Source: an uncultured delta proteobacterium
GTDB taxonomy: Bacteria > Myxococcota_A > Polyangia > Polyangiales > Polyangiaceae
Assembly (NCBI GenBank): GCA_963850305.1
Contig: CAWKKR010000011.1
Coordinates: forward strand, 192,001 to 256,000
Length of the DNA: 64,000 nucleotides
Direction: 5' to 3'
Shown here: positions 43,047 through 53,189 of the stretch, piece by piece
Numbering within the stretch: position 1 is the stretch's first letter
Layout: each line of letters starts with the position of its first letter
Notes under the pieces: model-generated
The model's input: only the letters and a program-made list of their open reading frames with translations
Database searches by the model: none
Told to the model about the DNA's origin: nothing
Position numbers and translations under genes: made by a program

Positions 43047-44279
43047 GCCACCCAGAACCAGAGCGCGAAGCGGGCGATGAAAAAGCCCTGGATCGTCGCG
43101 AAGGCAGCGATCGTGCAGGCCGTGAGCAGGGGTCGACGGCGGAGCACGACCGCCAGCGCCGCAAAGAGCGGAAAGATCACGACCAGGAACCGCGGCATGG
43201 ACTGGAGCGGTTGAAGGCGCGACGGAGTCATCAGCGGCAGAACGACGCCTGCGACGGCAAGCATTCCGTAGCTCGGGCGCAGGCGGAGAACCGCGACGAC
43301 CGCGAGCGCGATACCGCCGAGCGCGGCAAGAAGGTTGTAAGCGTGCGCCTCGAGGAACCCACCGGGATAGTCGGGAAGCCTCGGGAACCCGCCAGGGAGT
43401 GGTTCGAGATACGGCGGGTGCCCGGGCAAGAGCACGCGCACGCCGTCGATGAGGCCAACCCATGGCGGTTCGATGCGTCGCTCCCAGAACCGCTGAGCGC
43501 GGCTGAATGCCCACGGATCGCCGACGGCGTTCTTCAGGATGTGGAGCACGATCGGGAGAGCGAGCAGGGGCAAGAGAGCGCCCACGATGGCCACTGGCGG
43601 CGTCTTGAAGGCCGCCACGCGGCCTTCTCTCGACCACAGACCTTGCCATGTCGTCGACTCGGGTTCCGCATGCCTCGCGACGCCGGACATCCACGCTTCG
43701 ACGAGGAGCGCCGGGACGAGCGCGAACCCGGTCCATCGGGTGAGTGTCGCGACGAGCGCCGCGAGGCCGGCCGAGATCCACCAACCGCGCCGGGCGGCGG
43801 CGAACGAGCCCACGGTGAACATCAGGAAGATCGATTCCGTGTAGGCCGCGTGGAAGTAGAAGGCCGTCGGAAACGTCACGAGCAGCACGGCGGCCATCGC
43901 CGAGTCTTCGGAGCCGAGATCCTCGCGGAGCAGCCGGACGAGGATCGAAGAGCGTCACGGCGAGCGCCACCCACGAGATGGCGCACGCGGTGACGAGGAG
44001 ATCTCCCCCGAACACGGGCGAGAAGAAGCGAATCGTCCACGGATACACGGGCAGGAACGCGGTCGAGGCATCGTCCGCGAAGTAGCCGAGATGGGCGATC
44101 CTGAGGAACCATTGACCGTCCCAGTGTTGCCAGGGGTCGAACAGCAGGCGCCCGAGGCCCGAGTGGACCGCCGGGAAGTACGCAGGGACGGGGAGCGCGT
44201 GAAACTCGAACATCGTGAGGATCGCGTAGCCGCCGACGAACGCCGGCAAGAGCCATGCGAGCGCATAAATGCCGCTCAC
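43043..44279 (-). CDS. GT-C mannosyltransferase, PIG-V-like (frameshift near 43945)
   Basis: [48 protein letters not shown]. Confidence 0.85.
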
Positions 44280-44321
44280 GGTCGCGAGGAGCTTCGGGGG
44301 CGGCGCTTCTTGGCGGCTCGC

Positions 44322-46589
44322 TCAAGGCGACGCCTCGAAGACGAAGCCGCTCGCGTCGAACCGGATGCGGATCGTCACGCCGGCGTCCACGCCTCGGCCG
44401 AGGAGCCGCTCCGCGAGTGGATCCTGGACCTCCTTCAAGATGGCGCGCCTCAGCGGTCGGGCGCCGAGCGCGGGATGATAGCCGAGCTCGACGAGACGAT
44501 CGCGGGCCGAGTCGTCGAGCTCTATCTTCACGCCGCGCGGGGCGAGCAAGGACCGTACGCGGTCGAGCTGAATGTCGACGATCTTCGAGAGGTCCTCTCG
44601 GGCGAGCGGACGGAAGACGATCACGTCATCGATGCGGTTGAGAAACTCCGGTCTGAAGAACTTGCCGAGTTGATCGAGGAGCACGTCTCGAAGGGCTTCA
44701 CGCCCCTCGGCGGTATCGAAGAGTCTTCCGTCGGCGTCGAGGATGCGCTCGGAGCCGATGTTGCTGGTCAGGATGACGACGGTGTTCGTGAAGTCCGCCT
44801 GTCGACCGCGTCCGTCCGTCAGACGACCGTCGTCCAGGACCTGGAGAAGGAGATTGAAGACGTCCTGGTGCGCCTTCTCCACCTCGTCGAAGAGGAGGAC
44901 CGAGTACGGGCGTCGCCGCACGGCTTCGGTCAAGAAGCCGCCTTGCTCGCTGTCTGCGTATCCCGGCGGGGAGCCGAGCAACCGCTGCGCCATGTGACGC
45001 TCCATGAACTCGCTCATGTCGAGGCGGGTCAGCGCCGCCTCGTCGTCGAACAGGAACTCGGCGAGGGCCTTCGCGAGCTCGGTCTTGCCGACGCCGCTCG
45101 GGCCGAGGAACAGAAACGAGCCGATGGGCCGCTTCGGGTCGCGCAGCCCGACGCGGCCGCGACGGACGGCGCGTGCGAGCGCGCGAACGCCTTCCGACTG
45201 TCCCACGACGCGACGCTCGAGTCGCTCCTCCATCCTGAGCAGCTTGTCCGCCTCGCCCTCGAGCATCTTCGCGACGGGGATCCCCGTCCATCGACCGAGC
45301 ACGGCGGCGACCTGGTCCTCGCCGAGCTCCAGCATCGTCGTTGCTTCGCCGGCCGCGGGCGTGCTTCCGTGGACACCGTCGGTCTCGACGCGCAGCGCTG
45401 CGGCCGATTCGTCGAGCAGATCGACGGCACCGTCCGGCAAGAGCCGCTCCGGCAAATACCGCTTCGCGAGGGTCGCGGCGGACACGATGGCGCCGTCCGC
45501 AATGTGCACGCGGTGGTGCGCCTCGAGACGCCGGGCAACGCCGCGCAGGATCTCGATGGCCAGCTCGAGGGACGGTTCGGCCACCTCGAGGACGGAGAAT
45601 GACCGCGCGAGAGCAGGATCGCGCTCGTTGAGGCGACGGAGTCCCTCCGGGCTCGTCGTGGCGAGCAAGCGGAGGTCGCCGCGCGCAAGAGCCGGGCGCA
45701 GCGCGTCGCCGACCACGTTCCCCGACGCCCCCTGTCCGAAGAGTTGTTCGATGCCGAAGATGCAGAGGATGGGTTCGTCCTCGCCCCCGGTGGCTTCGAG
45801 GAGCTTGCGGACACGCGCGTCGATCTCCGACCTCGGGCGAGAGAACGCTGCGAGCGAACCCGCGTCCACCTCGAGCAAGCGAGCGCGCGCGAGACTCGTC
45901 GGGACGTGTCCGGCTGCGAGTCTCTTCGCGAGCCCGCGAACGATGGCGCGCTTGCCGATGCCAGGCTCTCCCACGAGGAGCGGGTGGAATTTGTCGCGAC
46001 GCGAGAGGATCGTGACGAGACGCCGGACCTCGGCGTCTCGACCGATCACGGGATCGTCGCTTCCGTCCCGGGCGGCCTGCACGAGGTCACGGATCTCGAA
46101 ACCAGACGCATCGAGGAAACTGGATGGCCCTTTGGGCGCGGCGCGAGCCGCCGCGAGATGCGGCCTCAGTCCGCCCGGCTCGACGCCGAAGGTGGACAAG
46201 ATCTCGCCCGCGGCTCCTCGAATCTCCTGGGAGAGCGCGTTGAGAAGATGATCGACTCGAACCTCGCCGGCGCGCTCGCGGTCCGCGTCGCGATCCGCGC
46301 GGCCGAGCAGGTCCAGGAATCGCGTGGACAGATACGCGGGTCCGGCGGCGCGCGGGGTTCCGGCGAGCGCGCGCTCGACCGCGGTACCCATGTCCGCGAT
46401 GCTGGCTCCGGCGCGACGCAGCGCTTCCGCAACCCCAGGGTATCGCTCGAGCCCGCGAGCCAGGAGGTGGAGCGGCGACACCTCGGCGTGACCCCGTTCG
46501 TCGGCGAGCGACTGCGCTGCGACGACCCAGCCCCGCGCATCCGGCGCGTAGCGATCGAGCGACAAGGTCGCGGACTTTTCCTTGCCCAT
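44322..46589 (-). CDS. Clp/Hsp100 (ClpA/B/C-like) ATPase with degenerate first AAA domain and no M-domain
   Basis: Clp-N repeats, DPVIGRD.E, D1 GEPGIGKRA; intact D2 GPSGVGKT, RLDMSEFME, LFDEVEKAH, GARPLRR. Confidence 0.9.
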   Translation of the reverse strand: MGKEKSATLSLDRYAPDARGWVVAAQSLADERGHAEVSPLHLLARGLERYPGVAEALRRAGASIADMGTAVERALAGTPRAAGPAYLSTRFLDLLGRADRDADRERAGEVRVDHLLNALSQEIRGAAGEILSTFGVEPGGLRPHLAAARAAPKGPSSFLDASGFEIRDLVQAARDGSDDPVIGRDAEVRRLVTILSRRDKFHPLLVGEPGIGKRAIVRGLAKRLAAGHVPTSLARARLLEVDAGSLAAFSRPRSEIDARVRKLLEATGGEDEPILCIFGIEQLFGQGASGNVVGDALRPALARGDLRLLATTSPEGLRRLNERDPALARSFSVLEVAEPSLELAIEILRGVARRLEAHHRVHIADGAIVSAATLAKRYLPERLLPDGAVDLLDESAAALRVETDGVHGSTPAAGEATTMLELGEDQVAAVLGRWTGIPVAKMLEGEADKLLRMEERLERRVVGQSEGVRALARAVRRGRVGLRDPKRPIGSFLFLGPSGVGKTELAKALAEFLFDDEAALTRLDMSEFMERHMAQRLLGSPPGYADSEQGGFLTEAVRRRPYSVLLFDEVEKAHQDVFNLLLQVLDDGRLTDGRGRQADFTNTVVILTSNIGSERILDADGRLFDTAEGREALRDVLLDQLGKFFRPEFLNRIDDVIVFRPLAREDLSKIVDIQLDRVRSLLAPRGVKIELDDSARDRLVELGYHPALGARPLRRAILKEVQDPLAERLLGRGVDAGVTIRIRFDASGFVFEASP

Positions 46590-46740
46590 CTTCGTGTAGC
46601 CGAGCGTAGTGCGCTTTGTGCTCCCGTGGAACCTGGAGGTCGTCACCCCATCCAGGTAGTGCGAGGCCGCGCGAGTCCGGGTGTATGAGTCGCACCAACA
46701 AAAACAACCCAAAGCATCGTGTCCGGGTAGCATCGGCCGG

Positions 46741-47700
46741 ATGCTCTCGGAGCTGCCCACGTGGTTTCTCACCGGAGTCGCCGTCTCGCTCGGACTGATT
46801 CTCGGGAGCTTCCTCAACGTCGTCATTCACCGCCTGCCGCGCGGCGAGAGCGTCGCGTATCCGGCGTCGCGTTGTCCCGCGTGCGGCGCGCCCATCCGCG
46901 CCTATGACAACATTCCGGTTCTCTCGTGGCTGCTCCTCCTCGGCAGGGCTCGCTGTTGCAAGGCAAAGATCTCGCCGCGCTATCCGTTGATAGAGTTCCT
47001 GGGAGGCATGTGCGCCTGGGCGGTGATGAGAAAGGTCCTCGAAGATTCACCGCCGAATGTGTCCATGGGAGCAGCCGTTGCTCTCTTCGCATCGTATCTC
47101 GCGCTCTGCCTGGGCCTGCTCGCCGGCATCTTCATCGATCTCGAGTTCATGCTCCTGCCGGACGAGATCACCGTCGGCGGAACGGCGCTCGGATTCGCGA
47201 CATCGTTCTTTCGACATTTGCCGTGGAAGGAGTCGCTCATCGGGGCAGCCGTCGGCTTCCTCGTCGCGTGGCTGCCGTTCGACGTGCTCTACCGTCGTGT
47301 TCGGGGCCATCCAGGCATGGGGCTCGGCGACGCGAAGCTGCTGATGCTGGCAGGCGCGTGGTTCGGGTGGGTCGGCGCGCTCTTTGCCCTTCTCGCTGGC
47401 GCCGTGCAAGGGACCATCGTGGCGCTCGCCGTGCTGCTGGCCAAGGGACGCATCGACGAACCGGCGGCCGTGCGCGAGGAGCGCGAGCGGCTCCGTCAGC
47501 ACCTGTCGACCCTGGAGCCAGAGGAGCGGCAGCGCCTCGAAGAGGAGCTCGCGAAGGATCCGCTGGGTACCGAGCCCGATCCGGGCATCGGCAAGGCTCG
47601 GCTTCCGTTCGGCCCGTTTCTCGCCATCGCGACGATCGAGTACCTATTCTTCGGCGACGCGCTCGTGAACGCGTATCTCTGGATGTTATGGAGTCGGTGA
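46741..47700 (+). CDS. pilD: Prepilin peptidase/N-methyltransferase
   Basis: GSFLNVVIHRLP, SRCPAC, YDNIPVLSW, IDLEFMLLPD, GMGLGDAKL, LPFGPFL. Confidence 0.95.
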   Translation: MLSELPTWFLTGVAVSLGLILGSFLNVVIHRLPRGESVAYPASRCPACGAPIRAYDNIPVLSWLLLLGRARCCKAKISPRYPLIEFLGGMCAWAVMRKVLEDSPPNVSMGAAVALFASYLALCLGLLAGIFIDLEFMLLPDEITVGGTALGFATSFFRHLPWKESLIGAAVGFLVAWLPFDVLYRRVRGHPGMGLGDAKLLMLAGAWFGWVGALFALLAGAVQGTIVALAVLLAKGRIDEPAAVREERERLRQHLSTLEPEERQRLEEELAKDPLGTEPDPGIGKARLPFGPFLAIATIEYLFFGDALVNAYLWMLWSR

Positions 47701-48119
47701 AGGCATTCGGCCGCGCCGGTGCGGTGCTCCTGGTCGTCGTCGGGTGCGGGTCGACGCTCCGGTTGGTCCCGACGGGGCCGCACTCGGAAAAGGACGTTCC
47801 GCCCGTCGTCGTCGGTTCTCCACCACCGCCAGCGAGAGTCGAGACGATCGGCGCGGACCCGGGACGTGCGTGCGCGTGGCTGGACGGTCGATGGGAGTGG
47901 GTCGACCAGACATGGCAGTGGGTGCCGGGCGGATGGGTGGTCCCGCCCGCCGATTGCTACTTTGCGCCGCCCGAGGCGCGCTGGGTTCCGGCCGCCGGCG
48001 TGGGACTGCTGTTCTATCTCCCGGGGCGATGGTATCCGAAGATCGGAAACGCCGCGTGCGAGGCAGCCAAAGCGTGCGAACCCGCGGCGCCCTCCGCACC
48101 GAAGACTCCGAAAACATGA
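47697..48119 (+). CDS. Small Trp/Pro-rich lipoprotein (YXWGXW-repeat-like)
   Basis: LVVVGC lipobox, PPPARVE, WLDGRWEW....WQWVPGGW. Overlaps both neighbours by 4 nt. Confidence 0.7.
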   Translation: MKAFGRAGAVLLVVVGCGSTLRLVPTGPHSEKDVPPVVVGSPPPPARVETIGADPGRACAWLDGRWEWVDQTWQWVPGGWVVPPADCYFAPPEARWVPAAGVGLLFYLPGRWYPKIGNAACEAAKACEPAAPSAPKTPKT

Positions 48120-49507
48120 CGAACCACATCTATCGCGAGTACGACATCCGCGGCGTCGCGGATCGAGATTTGACCACTCCGACGGTCAAGAACATCGGAC
48201 TTGGCCTCGGCATCCTGCTTCGCCCGAACGAGAAGGCGAGCGGGCCCTTCCGCGTCGCGGTCGGACGCGATTGCCGCCTCTCCGGCCCCCGGATCATCGG
48301 CGACCTGATCGCGGGGCTCCGGGAAGCCGGCGCGAACGTCGTCGACATCGGCGTCGGCCCCACGCCTTATCTGTACTTTGCCGCCCACCACCTCGGCACG
48401 GACGGCAGCGTGATGGTCACGGGAAGCCACAACCCCGCCGACGAGAACGGGCTCAAGATCATGCGCGGAAAGGCTTCCTTCTTCGGGGAAGACATTCAGC
48501 GCCTGCGCAAGCTGGTCGAGAGCAAAACCTTCGGTCCCGCGTCGGAGGGAACCTTCGAACGGGTGGACTTGCAAGACGCGTACGTCGCGGCGCTGACGGA
48601 TTCCGTCGAGATGCGCGATCCGTCCATCAAGGTCGTGATCGACGCGGGCAACGGCGCCGCGGGTCCACTCGCCGTGCGTGCGCTGACGCGCGTGGGACTG
48701 TCCCCGGTAGCTCTCTTTTGCGACATGGACGGCACGTTTCCGAACCACCACCCCGACCCGACAGTGCCGAAGAATCTGTCGACGTTGATCGCGCGGGTGA
48801 AGGAGATCGGCGCGCTGATCGGGATCGCGTTCGATGGCGACGGCGATCGCCTCGGCGTGGTCGATGCCGACGGGGAGCCGGTGTGGGGCGACAAGCTGCT
48901 CGCTCTGTTCGCTCGCGACGTACTGAAGCAGCATCCCGGCGCGACGGTCATCGGTGAGGTGAAGTGCTCGCAGACGCTCTTCGACGATGTGGCACGATGC
49001 GGCGGTCGTCCGCTGATGTGGAAGACGGGGCACTCGAACATCAAGACCAAGATGAAACAGGAGCACGCTCTCCTCGCCGGCGAGATGAGCGGGCACTTCT
49101 TCTTCGCCGATCGTTACTTCGGCTACGACGACGGGATCTACGCCGCGCTCCGCGTGCTCGAGATCGTTTCGCGCGAACGAAAGCCGGTGACCGAACTGCT
49201 CTCGGACTTGCCGAAGACGTGCTCGACGCCGGAAATCCGGGTGGAGTGTTCCGACGATACGAAGATGTCCGTCGTGAAAGCGGTGCGCGACCACTTCCAC
49301 TCCCACTACGAGACGAGCGAGATCGACGGCGTTCGGATCCGGTACCCGGATGGCGCGTGGGCGCTCGTCCGGGCATCGAATACCGGACCCATCATCGTCC
49401 TGCGGTTCGAAGCTCCCACCGAGCAACGGCTCACGGAGGTGCGGGGCCAGGTGGAACGCGTGCTATCGGAGGTCCACGGAGATCTCGGGGGCGGCGCTGG
49501 GCACTGA
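48116..49507 (+). CDS. Phosphomannomutase/phosphoglucomutase (AlgC-like)
   Basis: REYDIRG, TGSHNP, FPNHHPDP, DGDGDR, GEMSGH, VRASNT. Confidence 0.96.
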   Translation: MTNHIYREYDIRGVADRDLTTPTVKNIGLGLGILLRPNEKASGPFRVAVGRDCRLSGPRIIGDLIAGLREAGANVVDIGVGPTPYLYFAAHHLGTDGSVMVTGSHNPADENGLKIMRGKASFFGEDIQRLRKLVESKTFGPASEGTFERVDLQDAYVAALTDSVEMRDPSIKVVIDAGNGAAGPLAVRALTRVGLSPVALFCDMDGTFPNHHPDPTVPKNLSTLIARVKEIGALIGIAFDGDGDRLGVVDADGEPVWGDKLLALFARDVLKQHPGATVIGEVKCSQTLFDDVARCGGRPLMWKTGHSNIKTKMKQEHALLAGEMSGHFFFADRYFGYDDGIYAALRVLEIVSRERKPVTELLSDLPKTCSTPEIRVECSDDTKMSVVKAVRDHFHSHYETSEIDGVRIRYPDGAWALVRASNTGPIIVLRFEAPTEQRLTEVRGQVERVLSEVHGDLGGGAGH

Positions 49508-50402
49508 GGCCAAACATCCGAGCGTCGCGGCCGAGCCGGAGGCCGCGGACTGGACGGTGTCGAAGGTGCTCACCTGGGCCACCGACGACTTTCGTCGACG
49601 CGGCCTCGACTCGCCGCGACTCGATGCGGAACTGCTGCTCGCGCGCGTCCTCGAGGTCGATCGCCTGCGGCTCATCCTGGACGCGCATCGAGCGCTGGAG
49701 TCGCGCGACCTTTCGCGATACCGAGAGCTCATCCAGCGGAGGCGCAGGGCCGAACCCGTCGCGTATATCCTCGGCGAGCGGGAATTTCACGGACTCCCGA
49801 TGCGGGTCGATCGCCGGGTGCTCGTACCACGCCCGGACACCGAGACGCTCGTCGAGGTCGCACTGGAACGGACGCGGGCGCGGCACCTTCACGGCGAGGC
49901 CGTCGACCTGTGTACGGGGTCCGGCTGTGTTGCGATCGCGGTCGCACGACGCCGCCCGACGTGGAAAATGACGGGCGCCGATGTGTCGCCCGAGGCGATC
50001 GCAGTCGCGCGCGAAAACGCGGAGCGCCTCGGCGCCGTCTGGGGCGTGAACTTCGTCGTGTCGGACCTCGACGTCGCGCTCGACGAAAGCGCACGGTTCG
50101 ATCTCGTGACTGCGAATCCGCCATACATCCCGAGCGCCGACATCGCTGGACTCCCCGCCGATGTGAAGGACCATGAACCGCGACTCGCACTCGACGGCGG
50201 ACCCGACGGGCTCACCATCGTCCGGCGCGTCGTGGAGGCCGCACGGAGACGCTTGCGCAAGGGCGGGACCCTCGCACTCGAGGTGGGCCACGATCAAGCC
50301 GAACGGGTTGCCGCACTGGTCGCATCGGCCGGATTTTCCGACCTGGCCCGCCGTCGCGACTACGGGGGGAACGAGCGGGTCGTGAGCGGACGACGAGACT
50401 GA
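49497..50402 (+). CDS. prmC: Release-factor glutamine methyltransferase
   Basis: EPVAYILG, VLVPRPDTE, DLCTGSG, NPPY, ALDGGPDGL. Start uncertain (CTG ~49497). Confidence 0.95.
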   Translation: MGTEAKHPSVAAEPEAADWTVSKVLTWATDDFRRRGLDSPRLDAELLLARVLEVDRLRLILDAHRALESRDLSRYRELIQRRRRAEPVAYILGEREFHGLPMRVDRRVLVPRPDTETLVEVALERTRARHLHGEAVDLCTGSGCVAIAVARRRPTWKMTGADVSPEAIAVARENAERLGAVWGVNFVVSDLDVALDESARFDLVTANPPYIPSADIAGLPADVKDHEPRLALDGGPDGLTIVRRVVEAARRRLRKGGTLALEVGHDQAERVAALVASAGFSDLARRRDYGGNERVVSGRRD

Positions 50403-50508
50403 CGGCGCCGTTCTCCACGCACCCCGCCGGGGCGGCTCGGACGGGGCACGGTCCGTGAGAGGCCGCCTTCTGTGGCATGATTGACGACGGCCGTGTTACG
50501 AAGCTGGA

Positions 50509-51198
50509 GTGAACGACCTGCTGCCGACGCTCGCCCTTGGGTTCGTCCTCGGGATACGACACGCGACGGACGCGGACCACGTTGTGGCCGTGACGACCGT
50601 GGTGAGTCGCGAACGCACCCAGAGAGCCGCGATTGCCATCGGGGCCGTGTGGGGGATGGGTCATACGGCGACAATCCTGGCGGTCGGCAGCGCGATCGTC
50701 ATCTTCGGCCTCGTGGTTCCGCCGCGCGTCGGGCTGTCGCTCGAGATGTGCGTCGCGGTGATGCTGATGATACTCGGAGCGACGAATCTGTTCGGCGCTC
50801 GTCGACGTGCCGAGACGCACGACCACGGCCCTCCCGGGCACCATGAAGGGTCGCATCATGGGCTTCGAGGCATGGCTCGGCCGTTCGTCGTGGGGCTGGT
50901 TCACGGTCTCGCTGGCTCGGCCGCCGTCGCGTTGCTCGTGCTCGCCACCATCCGTTCACCCGGATGGGCTGCGCTCTACCTGGGGATCTTCGGCCTCGGG
51001 ACGATCCTCGGCATGATGATTCTGACCAGCCTCATGGCCACTCCGATCCTCATCGCGTCGAAGCGCTTCACGTCGGTGGACCGCGTCCTGTCGCGCGTGA
51101 CGGGCCTCATCAGCATGGCCTTCGGGCTCTTCCTCGCTTACCGGATCGGGATCATGGACGGCCTTCTGTTCGGCACGCCAATGTGGATCCCCAGCTGA
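50509..51198 (+). CDS. Nickel/cobalt transporter (NiCoT/UreH-like)
   Basis: LGIRHATDADHVVAV, WGMGH, His-rich loop, GLVHGLAGS. Confidence 0.88.
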   Translation: MNDLLPTLALGFVLGIRHATDADHVVAVTTVVSRERTQRAAIAIGAVWGMGHTATILAVGSAIVIFGLVVPPRVGLSLEMCVAVMLMILGATNLFGARRRAETHDHGPPGHHEGSHHGLRGMARPFVVGLVHGLAGSAAVALLVLATIRSPGWAALYLGIFGLGTILGMMILTSLMATPILIASKRFTSVDRVLSRVTGLISMAFGLFLAYRIGIMDGLLFGTPMWIPS

Positions 51199-51225
51199 CG
51201 GCTCTGGGCCCCCGACGAACTGACG

Positions 51226-53166
51226 TCAGCGTGGCCCGCAGTCGGCGCAGTCCGTGCCTTTGGCGCAGACGGCGGTGCTCGAGCCCTGGCCACCGTCTTC
51301 GCAGATGCCGTTGTTGAGGTGCCCGGTGCACGTGTCCTTGCACGTGCCGTACCCGCTACAATCCGTGCCCTCCCAGGAGCACGCGCCGTCGCAATCGCAG
51401 AAGCCGTCCGATACGTCGGGGTTGGTGTAGCTGCAGTACGAGCTGATGGTGACTCCGTCGCAACGCGGACCGAACGCACCGATGCCGCAGTCGTTCTTCT
51501 CCCAATCGCACCAGCCGCCGCAATCGCACGTGCCGTCGTTGTCGAGACCACAGGGATTGCCCGGCGCGCAGCACGCGCTGATGGCCGTTCCATTGCACTT
51601 GTTCGCGGTCACCACGCAATCCTGGGGACCCTTGTCCCAGGCGCAATCGGAGCATTGACAGGAGCCGTCCGCTATCTCGCCCCAGTATTCGCCGCCGGTG
51701 GACGTGCAATCGTAACCGGTGGAGCCGTCGCACGGGATCTGACCGCGGCCGCCGAGACGCGGACCGCAGTCATCGCAATCCGTGCCGAACGCGCAGTCGT
51801 CCGTGTCGGCATTCGAGCCGCCGTCGTCGCAGGAACCGTCGTCGTGAGACGGGCAGTCATCCGAGCACAAGCCGAGACGAGGGCCGCAATCCGTACAATC
51901 CGTGCCGAAACCACACGACGAACCAGTGGAGCCCGTTCCGCTGTCCTCGCAGCTGCCGTTCTTGGCGGTGCTGCACGAGTCGTCGCACAGAGAGAAGCCT
52001 CCGAGCTGCGGGCCGCAGTCCGTGCAGTCCGAACCGAGCGCGCAGTCCCCCGCGCCGCCCGAAGTGACATTCCCGTCGTTGCACGTCCCGCTCTTGGCGT
52101 CGTAGCACGTGTCCGTGCAGAGCCCGGCGCCATCGGTCGTGCACGTGGCACGACCCGAGGCGTCCTTCACGCAATAGGAAGTCCCTGACTGCGTGGCGGG
52201 ACAGTCGGCATTGGTCGTGCAGAGCGGGCGACAGATTCTCGGTCCGGCGCTGGAGTTCGGCGCGCACACGTTGCCCGAGCAGCAATCGGAGTCGACGTCG
52301 CAGGTCTCATCCGTGACGCGGCACTTGGCGCTGCACGAGCTTGCATCCGGCGCACACGCGCCCCGCCCGTTCGTGAGCAGCACACAGCACCCTGACGCGC
52401 AGTCACGATTCGTTTCGCAGAACGCGGTGCACGTCGCGCTCGTGGCGCCCGAGAACGTCACGCACGAGCCCGATCCAGACGTTCCGGAACAACAATCCGA
52501 ATTCAGAGTGCACGTGTTTCCGGCCTTCTTGCAGCTGGGTGCCGTGCAAGAGCCGGTGGTCGACACGCCGACTTCCGTCGGATCCACGCAACCGAAGTTG
52601 GGTCCGCCAACCGGGTCGAGCATCAGCCCGCAGGTGCCGCTTCCGGGCCGGCAGCATCCCTTCAGCGTGTCGCCGTTGCCGTTCGCGTCGTCGCAGTTCG
52701 AGTTGAGCTTGCCGAACTGATTCGGCTCCACGCACGAGATCACGCCGAGCGCGACCGTCTCCAGACCGCAAGCGGTCTTGCCCGCACCCGCGCAGCAGGC
52801 TGCAAGCGTGACGGCGCCGACGGCACGGTCGTGACACGTGGTGGTGCCGCACTTGATCCCCGGCAAACTCGCGTCCGGTTGTCCGCCGTCCGTGCCGCCC
52901 GCGTTGCCGGTGCCGCCATTGCCACCCCCGCCGCCATCGACGACCGTGCCTCCGTTTCCGGAAGAGCCGCCCGCTCCCGCCGTGCCGCCGCGGCCGCCTG
53001 CCGAAGAGCCTCCGCCGCCACCCGCCGCGGACCCGTCCACGCCCGAATCCGGGCCTCCGGCGCCGTACGACAGAAACTTCCGGTTCGGAATCGAAGTGCA
53101 CGCGACGCCGACACCGAAGAAGGTGCCGAGCACGAGACAGATCACGATGGGGGCGCGCTTACTCAT
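51226..53166 (-). CDS. Cys-rich repeat lipoprotein
   Basis: GVGVAC lipobox, Gly linker, then many Cys modules, including four C-x3-C...G.C.DGG...C..G[TS]DC.DCGP[RQ] repeats. Confidence 0.88.
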   Translation of the reverse strand: MSKRAPIVICLVLGTFFGVGVACTSIPNRKFLSYGAGGPDSGVDGSAAGGGGGSSAGGRGGTAGAGGSSGNGGTVVDGGGGGNGGTGNAGGTDGGQPDASLPGIKCGTTTCHDRAVGAVTLAACCAGAGKTACGLETVALGVISCVEPNQFGKLNSNCDDANGNGDTLKGCCRPGSGTCGLMLDPVGGPNFGCVDPTEVGVSTTGSCTAPSCKKAGNTCTLNSDCCSGTSGSGSCVTFSGATSATCTAFCETNRDCASGCCVLLTNGRGACAPDASSCSAKCRVTDETCDVDSDCCSGNVCAPNSSAGPRICRPLCTTNADCPATQSGTSYCVKDASGRATCTTDGAGLCTDTCYDAKSGTCNDGNVTSGGAGDCALGSDCTDCGPQLGGFSLCDDSCSTAKNGSCEDSGTGSTGSSCGFGTDCTDCGPRLGLCSDDCPSHDDGSCDDGGSNADTDDCAFGTDCDDCGPRLGGRGQIPCDGSTGYDCTSTGGEYWGEIADGSCQCSDCAWDKGPQDCVVTANKCNGTAISACCAPGNPCGLDNDGTCDCGGWCDWEKNDCGIGAFGPRCDGVTISSYCSYTNPDVSDGFCDCDGACSWEGTDCSGYGTCKDTCTGHLNNGICEDGGQGSSTAVCAKGTDCADCGPR

Positions 53167-53189
53167 GAATCACTCCGTCAAAAGGAATC

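Noticed and set aside
41811..44279. 822-aa mannosyltransferase-MFS fusion
   Set aside because: A frameshift at ~43945 explains it. The GT-C gene ends at 43043 and the MFS has its own ATG at 43046.
47455..47600. Charged ~45-aa insertion near the PilD C-terminus
   Set aside because: Sits in a variable loop before LPFGPFL; no evidence of a separate function.
50403..50508. NiCo or cobalamin riboswitch upstream of the nickel permease
   Set aside because: Only GC-rich stems; I could not recognise conserved riboswitch motifs. Needs an Rfam scan.
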